In this document: piece after piece, positions 11,925 through 22,076 of the stretch
How positions within the stretch are numbered: the first letter of the stretch is position 1
Layout of the letters: every line of letters begins with the position of its first letter
Origin: an uncultured Planctomycetota bacterium
GTDB taxonomy: Bacteria > Planctomycetota > Planctomycetia > Isosphaerales > Isosphaeraceae
Length of the DNA stretch: 64,000 nucleotides
Reading direction: 5' to 3'
NCBI GenBank assembly: GCA_963737655.1
Contig: CAVTTN010000002.1
Coordinates: 5,984,001 to 6,048,000 of the forward strand
Position numbers and translations under genes: made by a program
The notes under the pieces: generated by a model
What the model was told of the DNA's origin: nothing
Database searches by the model: none
What the model saw: only the letters and a program-made list of their open reading frames with translations

Positions 11925-13295
11925 ATGTTGCAGGGCGTGGAGAGGCTGGACGACCTGATCGGGCCGCGGGCGTCGGGGCTCACCGGCGCGACCCTGGACG
12001 AGGTCGCATCGGCCGTGCATCGGGCCGACGTCGATCGGCTCGCGGCGACCGGCGGGCACTTCGCCGCCGTGGCGCACGAGGGGCACACCGTCCGCCTGGC
12101 GAGGACGATGGGGGTGCCCCTGCGCTACTTCGTCGCCAAGCGCCATCACGGCCCCTATCTCGTCGTCTCGGACCGCATCGATCGCCTCTATGAGTATTGC
12201 TGCTCGCTCAAGATCGGCTGGCAGTTCGACCCTCTCTACACGCGGATGATCCCGGCGCACTACCTCGTGGAGGTCGATCAGGTCGGATGCCCCGACCCGA
12301 ATCCCCGGTATCGCCGCTTCTTCTCGCCCGAGGTGGCGCAAGGGCCTCGCGACCTCGACGCGCTCGGCGCCGCCTACGTGCGTGCTGCCTACGAGACGGC
12401 CCGCGACTGGATCGCGCGGGTGCCGGATGGTGAGCCGATCGCCGTGCTCTTCTCGGGAGGCGTGGACAGCGGCTCGGTCTTCCTGCTGGCCCGGAAGGCG
12501 CTCGCCGAACTCGGCCGCGACCCGAACCTGTTGCGGGCCTACTCGCTCGACCTCGGCGGCGGCGAAGACGCGGCCCAGGCCGAGCGCTGGGTGCGCGAGC
12601 TCGGCCTCGAATCGCAGTGGGAGCGGATCGCTCCGGAAGGCGCGAAGCCCGATTACGAGGAGGCGATCGCGACGATCGAGGACTATCACCCGCTCGACGT
12701 CGAATGCGCCGCGGCGTCGCTCCTGCTGCTGAGGGCGATCCGAGAGCGGCATCCCTCGGTGCGTCACCTGCTCGACGGCGACGGCGGAGACGAGAACCTC
12801 AAGTCGTACCCGCTGGAGGATTCGGACCTGACGATCTCCAGCATCCTCCGCAACCCGATGCTCTATCAGGAGGGCTGGGGCATCGACGCGGTCAAGCACA
12901 GCCTGACCTACTCGGGCGGGCTGTCACGCTCCTATATCCGAACATATGCCCCGGCGGAGCGGCTCGGCTTCTCCGCGTTCAGCCCTTATACGACGCGCGC
13001 CGCCATGGCCGGCGCCGTGGCGATCCCGTTCGAGGACCTGCTCGCGGGGGACGCCGGGCGGCTCGCGACGCTCAAGGCCGACGTCGTCCGCGCGGGCGTC
13101 GAGGCCGTCACGGGCGTCCGCATGCCGGTCTTCGCCAAGCGACGGTTCCAGGACGGCGCCGGCGGCGCCTATCGTCAGTGGCGCGTGAGCAAGGCGTGGT
13201 GCCGGCAGGTGTTCCTCCGCCAGTGGGAGGAGCGGCTGAAGGTCGCGTGGTCGCCGTTCGCCGAGCGCGTCTCGGGCAACGCGGTGCCGGTCTGA
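11925..13295 (+). CDS. Asparagine-synthetase-like ATP-dependent amide ligase lacking the N-terminal glutaminase Cys
   Basis: PP-loop LFSGGVDS and DGDGGDE; N-terminus MLQGVERL has no Cys at position 2. Confidence 0.8.
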   Translation: MLQGVERLDDLIGPRASGLTGATLDEVASAVHRADVDRLAATGGHFAAVAHEGHTVRLARTMGVPLRYFVAKRHHGPYLVVSDRIDRLYEYCCSLKIGWQFDPLYTRMIPAHYLVEVDQVGCPDPNPRYRRFFSPEVAQGPRDLDALGAAYVRAAYETARDWIARVPDGEPIAVLFSGGVDSGSVFLLARKALAELGRDPNLLRAYSLDLGGGEDAAQAERWVRELGLESQWERIAPEGAKPDYEEAIATIEDYHPLDVECAAASLLLLRAIRERHPSVRHLLDGDGGDENLKSYPLEDSDLTISSILRNPMLYQEGWGIDAVKHSLTYSGGLSRSYIRTYAPAERLGFSAFSPYTTRAAMAGAVAIPFEDLLAGDAGRLATLKADVVRAGVEAVTGVRMPVFAKRRFQDGAGGAYRQWRVSKAWCRQVFLRQWEERLKVAWSPFAERVSGNAVPV

Positions 13296-13312
13296 ATCGG
13301 GGCCAACCCGCC

Positions 13313-14305
13313 ATGACGATCTATCCCGACGACCCCTCCGCCCGGGATCGCTGGATCCTGGAGCGGAGGCCGCCTCGCAACGCGCTCGACCCCCGGCGCC
13401 CCTACGTGGTCCTCGCGGAGGCCGAGCCCGGCCCGGACGGAAGTGCCGTCGACGTCGCGACGGTCTTCCTCACGAATCGCGAATGCCCCTGGCGCTGCCT
13501 GATGTGCGACCTGTGGAAGAACACCCTGGAGGACACGGTCCCCGAAGGGGCGATCGCCGAGCAGGTCCGATTCGCCATCGAGGGCCTGCCGCAGATCGAG
13601 CCGGCGCGTTCGCACCTGAAGCTCTACAACGCCGGCAGCTTCTTCGATCCCCGCGCGATCCCGCCGGCGGAATACGCCGAGGTCGCCCGGCTCGCCGCCC
13701 CGTTCGCCCGCACGATCGTCGAATGCCACCCCGCGCTCGTCGGGCGACGCTGCGTCGAGTTCCGCGACCGGCTCGCGAAGCCTCTGGAGGTCGCCTTGGG
13801 GCTCGAGACGACGCATCCCGAGGTGCTGCCGCGACTCAACAAGCGGATGACGCTCGACCGCTTCCGCGCCGCGGCCGAGTTCCTCAAGGACCACGACATC
13901 GACCTGCGCGTGTTCATCCTGGTCCGACCCCCGTGGCTATCCGAGGCGGAGGGGGTCGAATGGGCGGGGCGATCCCTGGATTTCGCCTTCGACTGCGGCG
14001 CGTCCGTCTGCTCGCTCATCCCGACGAGGGCGGGCAATGGCGCGATGGAGGCCCTCCGAGAGTCCGGCGACTTCGCCCCGCCGTCGCTCGCCTCGCTGGA
14101 GGCGGCCCTGGAATACGGCCTCTCCCTGCGGGCCGGTCGCGTCTTCGCCGACCTGTGGGACATCCAGTCCCTGGCCCTCTGCCCCTCATGCCGAGCCGCC
14201 CGCATCCGCCGGCTGGCCCGCATGAACGCGACGCAGAGCATCCCCGCCCCGATCGCTTGCCCCGATTGCCGGAGCGCCGACGGGTTGCATCGTCCGGATT
14301 CATGA
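13313..14305 (+). CDS. Radical SAM protein, RaSEA/TIGR01210-like
   Basis: TVFLTNRECPWRCLMC (CxxxCxxC), KLYNAGSFFDP, EVALGLET, RLNK; extra C-terminal CxxC pairs (CPSC, CPDC). Confidence 0.8.
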   Translation: MTIYPDDPSARDRWILERRPPRNALDPRRPYVVLAEAEPGPDGSAVDVATVFLTNRECPWRCLMCDLWKNTLEDTVPEGAIAEQVRFAIEGLPQIEPARSHLKLYNAGSFFDPRAIPPAEYAEVARLAAPFARTIVECHPALVGRRCVEFRDRLAKPLEVALGLETTHPEVLPRLNKRMTLDRFRAAAEFLKDHDIDLRVFILVRPPWLSEAEGVEWAGRSLDFAFDCGASVCSLIPTRAGNGAMEALRESGDFAPPSLASLEAALEYGLSLRAGRVFADLWDIQSLALCPSCRAARIRRLARMNATQSIPAPIACPDCRSADGLHRPDS

Positions 14306-14816
14306 TCCCGGATTCCGTGAGCGGTTCCCAGCCGAGTCGAGAATCACACTTCTCTACCTGTGTCAGGTTGCCCTGACTCTCTCCATCTCGCAAAGGCATG
14401 GCAGATGAGGGCATGCTCGACCCGTATTCGAGTCGCAAGCCGGGGCGGGTTGGTCGGCCCGGAGGGTGGAAGGCCAGTGGTTCGAGAACGATACGGAGGG
14501 ATGAGACCATGTCCATCATCACCGTCTCATGATTCGGATTTGCTCGGGGCGGAGGTCCAGACGCCCGCCCCGAAGGGCCGCAGGGGGGGCACGCCGGGTC
14601 CCCGCGGTCCATTTTGCCCCCTACTTCCCTCCCGCCGGAGTATCGCGAATCCTCCGAGCATGTCCTGAGGAGCGAGAAGTTCTGGGGTCTCGAGGAGAAA
14701 CCCGGCTCGTTAACCATGATCGACCGGCCCATCGTGCCGACCCCCGTCGTCGGATCGGCGGTGCCCTCGAACGGGGATGTGGAAGGGTCGGCCGAGGGGG
14801 AGCGGAGCGGACTCCC

Positions 14817-15830
14817 GTGTCTCCAGCGAGCGAGAGGTTTCCGGACCGCCTCAGCAGCTTCGGGGCGTTCGGCAAGACGACCTGGGTCGCCCCCTCCGGC
14901 ATGTGTGAACCCGCCCCCTGGGGCACCGCAGGGTTCGCCGAGAGACTCCAGGGGGAGACCCCCAACGTCTTGGAATGGAGACGGCCGCTCCGATCCTGGC
15001 TCCTGGCCAGGGGGATCGACGTCCTTGGGGGATCGGAGCCCGTCGTCCCGCTCGACGACCTTGAGGCCCTGGCATCGATCGCCTCCTCGCCCTTGCTCCC
15101 GCACAGCGGCACGAACCCACGTCGGCGACGAACGCCCCCTGGACAGGGTCCGCGCCGCCCTGCATTCCGGGGCCGATCGCCCGGTCTCGCGCCTCAGGTC
15201 GAGGCTCGCCTCGGTGCGGGCCGATTTCAAGGAGGAGTACCCGGCCTTCACCAACGGCGGCAATCGCCTCAAGCTGACGCATTGCCGCGATGCGTGGCGG
15301 AAGTTCGTCCGCGAGGGGGACGCCTGCTTCCGGTCGCTCTTCCCGCCGGAGAAGAATGCCGCCGGCCAGCTCGACCCGGCCCGCGTCGCCCGCGAAATAG
15401 GTCGCCTCCGAGATCGTGCCGTGCTCGCCGCCAGGATCACCGAGCGGGTCCGCGAGGCGCTGCTGAAGGAGATCCGCGGGCGTCGGGGCGTGACCTGCGC
15501 CGTGATCGACGACCTGGACCTCTGCCGCCTGGTCAACCCCGGCGGGGACCCGCCCGACCCCCTGATCGGCTTCTTCGAGGTCGTCCTGGAACAGCAACGG
15601 TGGGACGCGTTGTCCCCGATCTCGACGCAGGACGGCCGCCCGGCGGTCAAGGAGACGTTCGTCGGACGCGCCCAGGAGGCCGACGACCTGAGCCGCCTGT
15701 GGTGGCCGACGGGTTCTCCGAAGCCGGAAGGGCATTCCTGCCGGAGTCCGCCGCCGAGGGCCCCGACCGGCCGTCGAGATGGACGAGGGATCGACCGACC
15801 GGGGACGGGGCCCGGCGACGGCCCGGGCGG
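14817..15830 (+). CDS. Hypothetical protein (probably frameshifted near 15110; boundaries uncertain)
   Basis: Protein-like stretch in ORF 14529 frame then ORF 14614 frame (DFKEEYPAFTNGGNRLKLTHCRDAWRKFVREGD...); no recognised family. Confidence 0.35.
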
Positions 15831-15831
15831 C

Positions 15832-18800
15832 TCAGCGGGGCCGGGCGAAGACCTCGGCCGGCAGCTCGGGGAGCGGCCTGGTCCCGACTTCGAGCTCGCG
15901 ACGGAGGATCTGCCATTCGGCGGCCTCCCAGGGCCCCGGGGGCCGGGGGGCCGACTCGAAGCGGTCGCGCCATCGTCGGGCCGAGGGCGCGTCGCCCATG
16001 GCGCGGGCGGCGATCGCCAGGAAGGCCCAGTCCTGGGGCTGGGCGCCCTCCGGGTCGGCCTGGATGCCCTCCAGGAGCCGGTCCGTCGCCTCGCGGTATC
16101 GGCCGTCGCGGACGAGCAGGGCGCCGACGGTGTTGAGGATGCTGTGGCGGCGGCGGCCCTGGTCGCGGGGCGCGGCCCGCAGGGCCCCCTCGGCCAGGGC
16201 GAGCGGCTCGGCGTCATCGGCCCCCGCGCCCGGGGCCAGGGCGCAGGCGAAGGCGGCTTGGTTGGCGTGCATCGTCCCCTCGTGGCCGCGGGCCCCGGCG
16301 AGGATCCGGGCGCAGGCCTCGCGATAGCCCGGGAGGTCGCCGGCCATCAGGGAGGCGACGGCCCGGCGATAGGTGAAGATCGGGGGCGCCGCGGGCCCCG
16401 GCCCTCGACGATCGCCAGGAGCCGCGAGGCGCGGCCCCACCGCCCGGCCGCGACGAGCCGGTCGGCCTGGCGGCCCACCCCGGCGAGGTCCATCCCGAGG
16501 CCGGCGGCCCGCTCCAGGTCGTCGTCGCGGTCGTCGATCCGCCCGGCCTGGCCGCGGACCTCCGCCCTCTCGGCCAGGGCCCTCCAATCGCCCGGATGGC
16601 CGGCCAGGAGGCGGTCGAGATACCAGGTCGCCGACCCCGGACGGCCCGCCCCCGCGCCTCGGCCGCCCGGGTCCGTTCCCAGTCGCTGAGGGCCTCCGAA
16701 GGCGCGATCCGGGCGGCCCGGTCGAGGGCGGCCTCGGCCTCGTCCCGTCTCCCGTCGCGTTCCAGGGCCGTCGCCCGCCGCGCCTCGACGGCCCAGTCGC
16801 CGGGCCGCAGGGGGGCGAGGCGGTCGAGGTGCCAGAGGGCGGCGAAGGTGAGGCCCTCGGCCTCGGCGGAGTCCAGGGCCAGGGCATGGCGCCGGGCGGC
16901 CCGCTCGGGGGATTCCTCGGGGTCCGGGACGGGCGCGAGCCGGTCCCTCTCGGCCCAGGACGAGGCCGCCATCGGGACGACCGATCCGATCGACGGGTCC
17001 AGGGTCGCCCCGGTGGCCAGGGCCAGGGCGTCGGACGTCTCCTCGGGGCCCGGCTCGGGGCCGGGCTCGGGCAGGGGCCAGGACCGGACGATCAGGCCCT
17101 CGCCGGCCCCGAGGATCGACGCGCCGTCCCGGGAGAAGGCCAGCGCCTGGAGGGGGCCCTCGGCGACCAGGGGAGGGCCGACCGGCGCGAACGTGGCCGC
17201 GTCGTGGAGCCGCCCCCGGCCGTCGTCGCCGAGCAGGGCCAACCATCGGGCCGACGGGTCCGCGACCAGGGCGGCGAGTCCCCGGGCCTCGGGGATCACC
17301 AGCCGGAGCGGCTTGCCGGCCCGCACGTCCCACTCCCAGACCCCCCCGGGGCCCTTCGTCAGGAGCCGGTCTCCGGGCAGGAAGGCCACGGCCCCGGGGT
17401 TCTGGGCCGGGATGGCCAGGGGGACGCCCCGGGGCCGCAGCGGGTCCAGGTCCCAGAGCTGATAGCGCCCGAAGTCGGCGCCTTCGAGCGTCCCCATCGA
17501 CCGGACCAGCAAGGTCCGACCGTCCGGGCTGAATCGCGTCCAGGTCGCGAAGCCCTGGACGTCCGCCGAGTCCCGGAGCCGGCCCGACTTCGCCTCGTAG
17601 AGCCGGATCTGGGAGCGATGCGGGTCGCGAGGCTCGTCCTTCAGAGTGCCGACGGCCAGGGTCGAGTCGTCGGGCGAGAAGGAGACCGACATCCCCCGGG
17701 CCCGAGGGCCAGCGGGGCGCCGGCCATCCGGCCGTCGGAGGCGTCGAGCCGGAAGAGGGCGCCGCCGAAGCCGGTGGCCGCCAGGGCCTTGCCGTCGTGA
17801 GAGAAGCCCATCGACAGGATCCAGTTGGGACGGGGCACGCCCGGGCCTACCGCGCGGCCCCGGGCGTCGTGGAGCCGGAGCTCGGCCGAGACGCTCAGGT
17901 CGTCGCGGGAGGCCGTCGCCCAGGTCGGCCCGCTCGGCCCGGCCGCCAGCAGGACGCCGCCGCCGGGCCACCCCAGGGGGATCGGGGCGCCGATCGGCCG
18001 TCCGTCCGCGGAGACGGCCTGGGCGAAGCCCGCGGCCGGGTCGGTGACCAGGGCCCGGTCCGACCCCGGCGCGAAGACCGCCTGGCCCACTCGGCCCGGC
18101 CTCATCGGCGCCGGGATCGGCCGGTCCGGGAGCCTCCAGAGCCGGAACGACCCCTCGATCAGGACGCCCAAATCGCGGCCGTCGGGGCGGAAGGCCAGGT
18201 CGGTGACCGGGCCGGGCTCGGCCAGGAGCTCGGCCCGGGCCGCGCCGTCCCGGACGTCCCGGAAGATCACCCGGCCGTCGTTGGACCCCGTGGCCAGGGT
18301 GGCCCCGTCGGGGTGGAAGGCCAGGGCCGTGACGAACCCGCCCCCGGTCCGGACCGGGCCCCGGGCGGCCCCTCGGCGGCAGTCGTAGAGGCCGACGTCG
18401 CCCGAGTGGTGGACGATCGCCAGGGTCTCGCCGTCGGGGCCGAGGAGGTGGCTGGCGGGGCGGTTCACGAGCCCGGGCAGGCCGGTCAGGGACGCCTTGA
18501 GTCCGCCCGAGGCGTCCCAGAAGTCGAGGACCCAGTCGGTGGTCGGGTCGTCCGGCCGGAGCCGGCCGGGGGACATCGTGGCGACGCCTCCCCGGCCGTC
18601 GAAGACGGCGAAGGCGGCCCCGGCCGGCATCCCGGGGGCGGCGCCCCGAGGCTCCCCCGAGGCCACGTCCCAGAACCGGGCGCCCCCGGGGCCGATCGTC
18701 AGGGCGACCCGCCCGCCCGGCCCGACGGCCACCGCCTTCACGGCTCCGGCCCGGATCGGGGGCCCCAGGGGCCGGCCCGTCCCCCGGTCCCGGACCACGA

Positions 18801-20730
18801 CCGTCCCGTCGGGCTCGGCCCGGGCCAGGGCCTCCCCGTCGGGCGAGGCCGAGAGGTCCCAACGGTGGAGCGACCCGTCCCGACCGGCGACCGGGGCGCC
18901 GGTGGCCAGGTCGAAGGCCCTCGGGCCGTGTTCGGCGGAGTCGATGGTGATCGTCGAGGGGTCGGGGCCGAACTCGAGGTGCCGGGCGGTCCCCAGGTCG
19001 GGGAGGACCCGGAGGAGCCGGGGGGCGGAGGCGGCCCAGGCGGCCAGGTTCAGCCGGGCCAGGCGTCGCGAGTCCGGGGCCATCTCGGGGGTCTCCAGGC
19101 TCCGGGCCAGCCACAGACGGCCCGCCACCGTCTCCCCGCGGTCGAGGAACCCCAGGGCCCGGTCCAGCGTCAGGTCGGCGGCCGTCCGCCTGGCCTCGCG
19201 GCGGGCCTCGACGGCCTCGGCCGTCCGTCGGGTCGCCTCTCGCCACTTCCAGACCGTCAGGCCGAAGCCGACGAGGATCGCCAGGACCACCGAGGCGGCC
19301 AGGCCCGAGACCGTCGGCTCGCGGCGGACCCAGCGCGCGGCCCTCTCGGCCAGCCCCAACCTCCGGGCCCGGATCGGCTCGCCCGCGAGGTAGAGCCTGA
19401 GGTCCTCGGCCATCTCGCCGGCCGAGGCGTACCGGGCCGAGGGGGCCTTGGCCATCGCCTTCAGGGCGACGGTCTCCAGGTCCCGGGGGACCCGGCGGTC
19501 GATCGACCGGGGCCAGGGCGGCTCCTCGCGGAGGACTTTCTCGATCAGGCGGGCCCGGTTGGGCTCGTCGAACAGGGGGCGCGAGGTCAGCAGCTCGTAC
19601 AGGGTCACGCCCAGGGCGTAGACGTCGCCCCGGACGTCGGACCGGCCGTCGAACCGCTCCGGGGCCATGTAGCGGAGGGTGCCGACGATGTCGCCGGTGC
19701 GGGTCAGGGCCTCGCCGTCGCCGTCGAACGACTTGGCCAGGCCGAAGTCGGCCACCCAGGCGTCTCCCCGGTCGTCGATCAGGACGTTCGAGGGCTTCAC
19801 GTCGCGGTGGAGGATGCCCTGGCGGTGGGCGTAGTCCAGGGCCTGGGCGACCTGGAGGGCTACCCTCGCCGCCTCCCGGAACCGATCCCGGCCGGGATCG
19901 GTTCCGGGAGGCGGCGACGGCTCGGGCCCGGGCGGGGCGGGCGCCGGTCCCTCGGCCGGGAGGCCGGGCCCGGGGGGAGCGGCGAGCGTCGCGTCGGCGT
20001 CGAGCTCCAGGGTCGGAGGGCCGTCGGACGGCCCGGGCCCCGGTCCCGCCGAGACCGTCGCGCCGTCGGTCGGCCTCGGCCCCCAGCCACGGCGGGAGAC
20101 GGCGTCCAGCCCTTCGCCTTCGATGAATTGCATGGCGTAGAAGAGGTAGGGCGCGGCCTCCCCCACGCCGAAGACCGGGACGATGTTCGTGTGGTGCAGG
20201 CGGGCCGCGGCCCGGGCCTCGCGCCGGAACCGCTCGGCCTCCGGGGCGTGCGTCCCGGCCGGGGGGGCGATGACCTTCAGGGCGACCCGTCGGTCCAGGG
20301 CGATCTCCTGGGCCTCGTACACGACCCCCATCCCGCCCCGCCCCACCTCTCGGACGATCCGGAATCCCGGGATCGCCGGCCGGGAGCCCGCCGGGAGGGC
20401 CGGGGCCCGACCGTCCCCGGTGGTGGCGTCGGTCGAGTGCGGGGGCGACGAGGAGGTCCGGGGCGGCCCCATCCGCTTCAGGAGGTCGAGATAGGGCGCC
20501 GGCGGGGCCTGGTCGTCGCGACCGGTCGGGACTCCGGCGTCGGCCAGCCCCTCCAGGCCGGCGCGGCAGGCCCGGCAGCCCGCGACGTGGGCCTCGACGG
20601 CCTCGGCCTCGGCCCCCTCCAGCCGGTCGTCCAGGTATCGGGCCAGGTGGGCCGACGGGTAGCAGCCGGGCGCCGAGGGGTCGGACGGCTCCGGGGCCGG
20701 GCGGTCGGGCCCGCCGTGGGTCGGGGTCAT
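15832..20730 (-). CDS. Ser/Thr kinase with N-terminal zf-HC2 anti-sigma finger, TM, WD40 repeats and TPRs (frameshifts near 17700 and 16650)
   Basis: HVAGCRAC; GRGGMGVVY, HRDVKPSN, DFG, YMAPE; TM LAASVVLAILVGFGL; AFHPDG/AFRPDG repeats; TPR-like C-terminus. Confidence 0.9.
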
Positions 20731-20800
20731 GGGTGCATTCCTTCCGACGGGCGGAGAGGTCTCGACTCCCCCCAGGAGCAGTCGCCGGGCCGTCGGGGCG

Positions 20801-21412
20801 TCATCCCGCGTCGGCCTCGGCCCCGCCGGGGCGTTCCAGGTCGCGGACCGCCTCCCGGAGCCTCTTCAGGACGTTGCTCTTGGCCTTGAAGACGGCGGCC
20901 ACGGACAGGCCCAGGCGCCCCGCCGCGTCGTCCGCCGCGACGCCGTCCCGGGCGGTCATCCGATAGGCGTCCCAGGTCGTCGCCGAGACCCGGGCGCGGA
21001 CCCGCCGCTCGGCCTCTTCGAGCAATTCCAGGTCGTATTCTTCCTCCAGGCGGCGGGCGAGGTCCTCGCGGGCCTCGACCCCGGCGAGCCCGTCGAAGAA
21101 CTCGCCCCGGCGCGCGGCCCGGTCGCGATCGGCCAGCCAGTCGCGCCAGGCGTTCTCCGTGAGCGTGCGGAGCCAGCCGCGGAAGCTCCGCCCCGGGTCG
21201 TACCGGAACCGTTCCATCTGCCGGGCGAGCTTCATCAGGACGGCCTGGGTGACGTCCTGGGCGTCGGCCTCCTGGAGCCTCCAGGCGCGGCACCAAGCGT
21301 AGATCTTCGGGGCGTAGCGGTCGACGAAATCGGCCCACGCCTCCTGATCCCTGGCCCCCTGGCAGACTCGCCCGAGGAGGCTCGCGTTGGTCCGGGAGGC
21401 GTCATCCAGCAT
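20801..21412 (-). CDS. ECF sigma-70 factor (kinase-associated)
   Basis: TNASLL..., AWADFVDRY, DAQDVTQ, SFRGWLRT, AVFKAKSNV. Confidence 0.9.
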   Translation of the reverse strand: MLDDASRTNASLLGRVCQGARDQEAWADFVDRYAPKIYAWCRAWRLQEADAQDVTQAVLMKLARQMERFRYDPGRSFRGWLRTLTENAWRDWLADRDRAARRGEFFDGLAGVEAREDLARRLEEEYDLELLEEAERRVRARVSATTWDAYRMTARDGVAADDAAGRLGLSVAAVFKAKSNVLKRLREAVRDLERPGGAEADAG

Positions 21413-21737
21413 GTCGACGAGGCTCCGATCGGGGCCGGATGGCTCAGGAGGTCCGGCCGAGGGAGGCGTTGGGGGTGCGTCGCGAGGAAGGAGCGGAGGG
21501 TCGGGATTTCTTCAAACTAGAATCGATCGGCCCTCGGTCGTCAAGTTTCCCGCCCGACGCCCGAGGGAATCGCCGCCCTCGAATTTTTTCCGGGGGCGAT
21601 TCAGGTCTCGGCCGGTCGGCCGGTATAGATCGGTGTACCCAACGACGCGGCCTCCGACGACGGGGGCCGACGGGCCGAGGGCCGGGCGGGGCAACCGGCC
21701 GGACAGACGATTCCCCCTTTCGCGAGGAGACCGAGCC

Positions 21738-22004
21738 ATGGCGATCCAGAATCTTCGGGGCGGCGATCCGGTCGAGGCGATGGTGGAGCTGACCGACGAC
21801 CAGCTCGCCGGAGTGGCCGGAGGGGCGACCCATCCGACGATGGTGACCACCTCGGCCACGGGGACCACCACGACCACCGGGGGCGCGATCGTGACTAGCA
21901 AGAGCAGCGACACCCTCACCGCGACCCCCACGACCGTCACGACTTCGGGCGCGCCGAAGACCTCGGAGTCGACGCTCACCGGCTCGCCGGGCTCGGTCGG
22001 CTGA
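21738..22004 (+). CDS. Double-glycine-leader precursor peptide (88 aa; 59-aa Thr/Ser-rich core)
   Basis: GAGGAG RBS; leader ...ELTDDQLAGVAGG; directly upstream of HlyD and a C39 exporter. Confidence 0.85.
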   Translation: MAIQNLRGGDPVEAMVELTDDQLAGVAGGATHPTMVTTSATGTTTTTGGAIVTSKSSDTLTATPTTVTTSGAPKTSESTLTGSPGSVG

Positions 22005-22011
22005 CCGGCGC

Positions 22012-22052
22012 CGACCCGGGCGGGGCGATGAGTTCGCCTCGCGCCCGAGTCG
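22012..22052 (+). terminator. Imperfect stem-loop between precursor and secretion genes
   Basis: CGACCCGGGCGGGGCGA-tgagt-TCGCCTCGCGCCCGAGTCG. Confidence 0.5.
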
Positions 22053-22076
22053 ATTCGATCGCGGAAGGAAATCGCC

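Noticed and set aside
11925..13295. Lasso peptide cyclase
   Set aside because: No B1/RRE or B2 transglutaminase-like gene and no lasso-type precursor seen in the window
17797..20889. Long plus-strand ORFs (also 43945..47055, 50447..52975, 40516..42600)
   Set aside because: Antisense shadows of well-supported minus-strand genes in high-GC DNA
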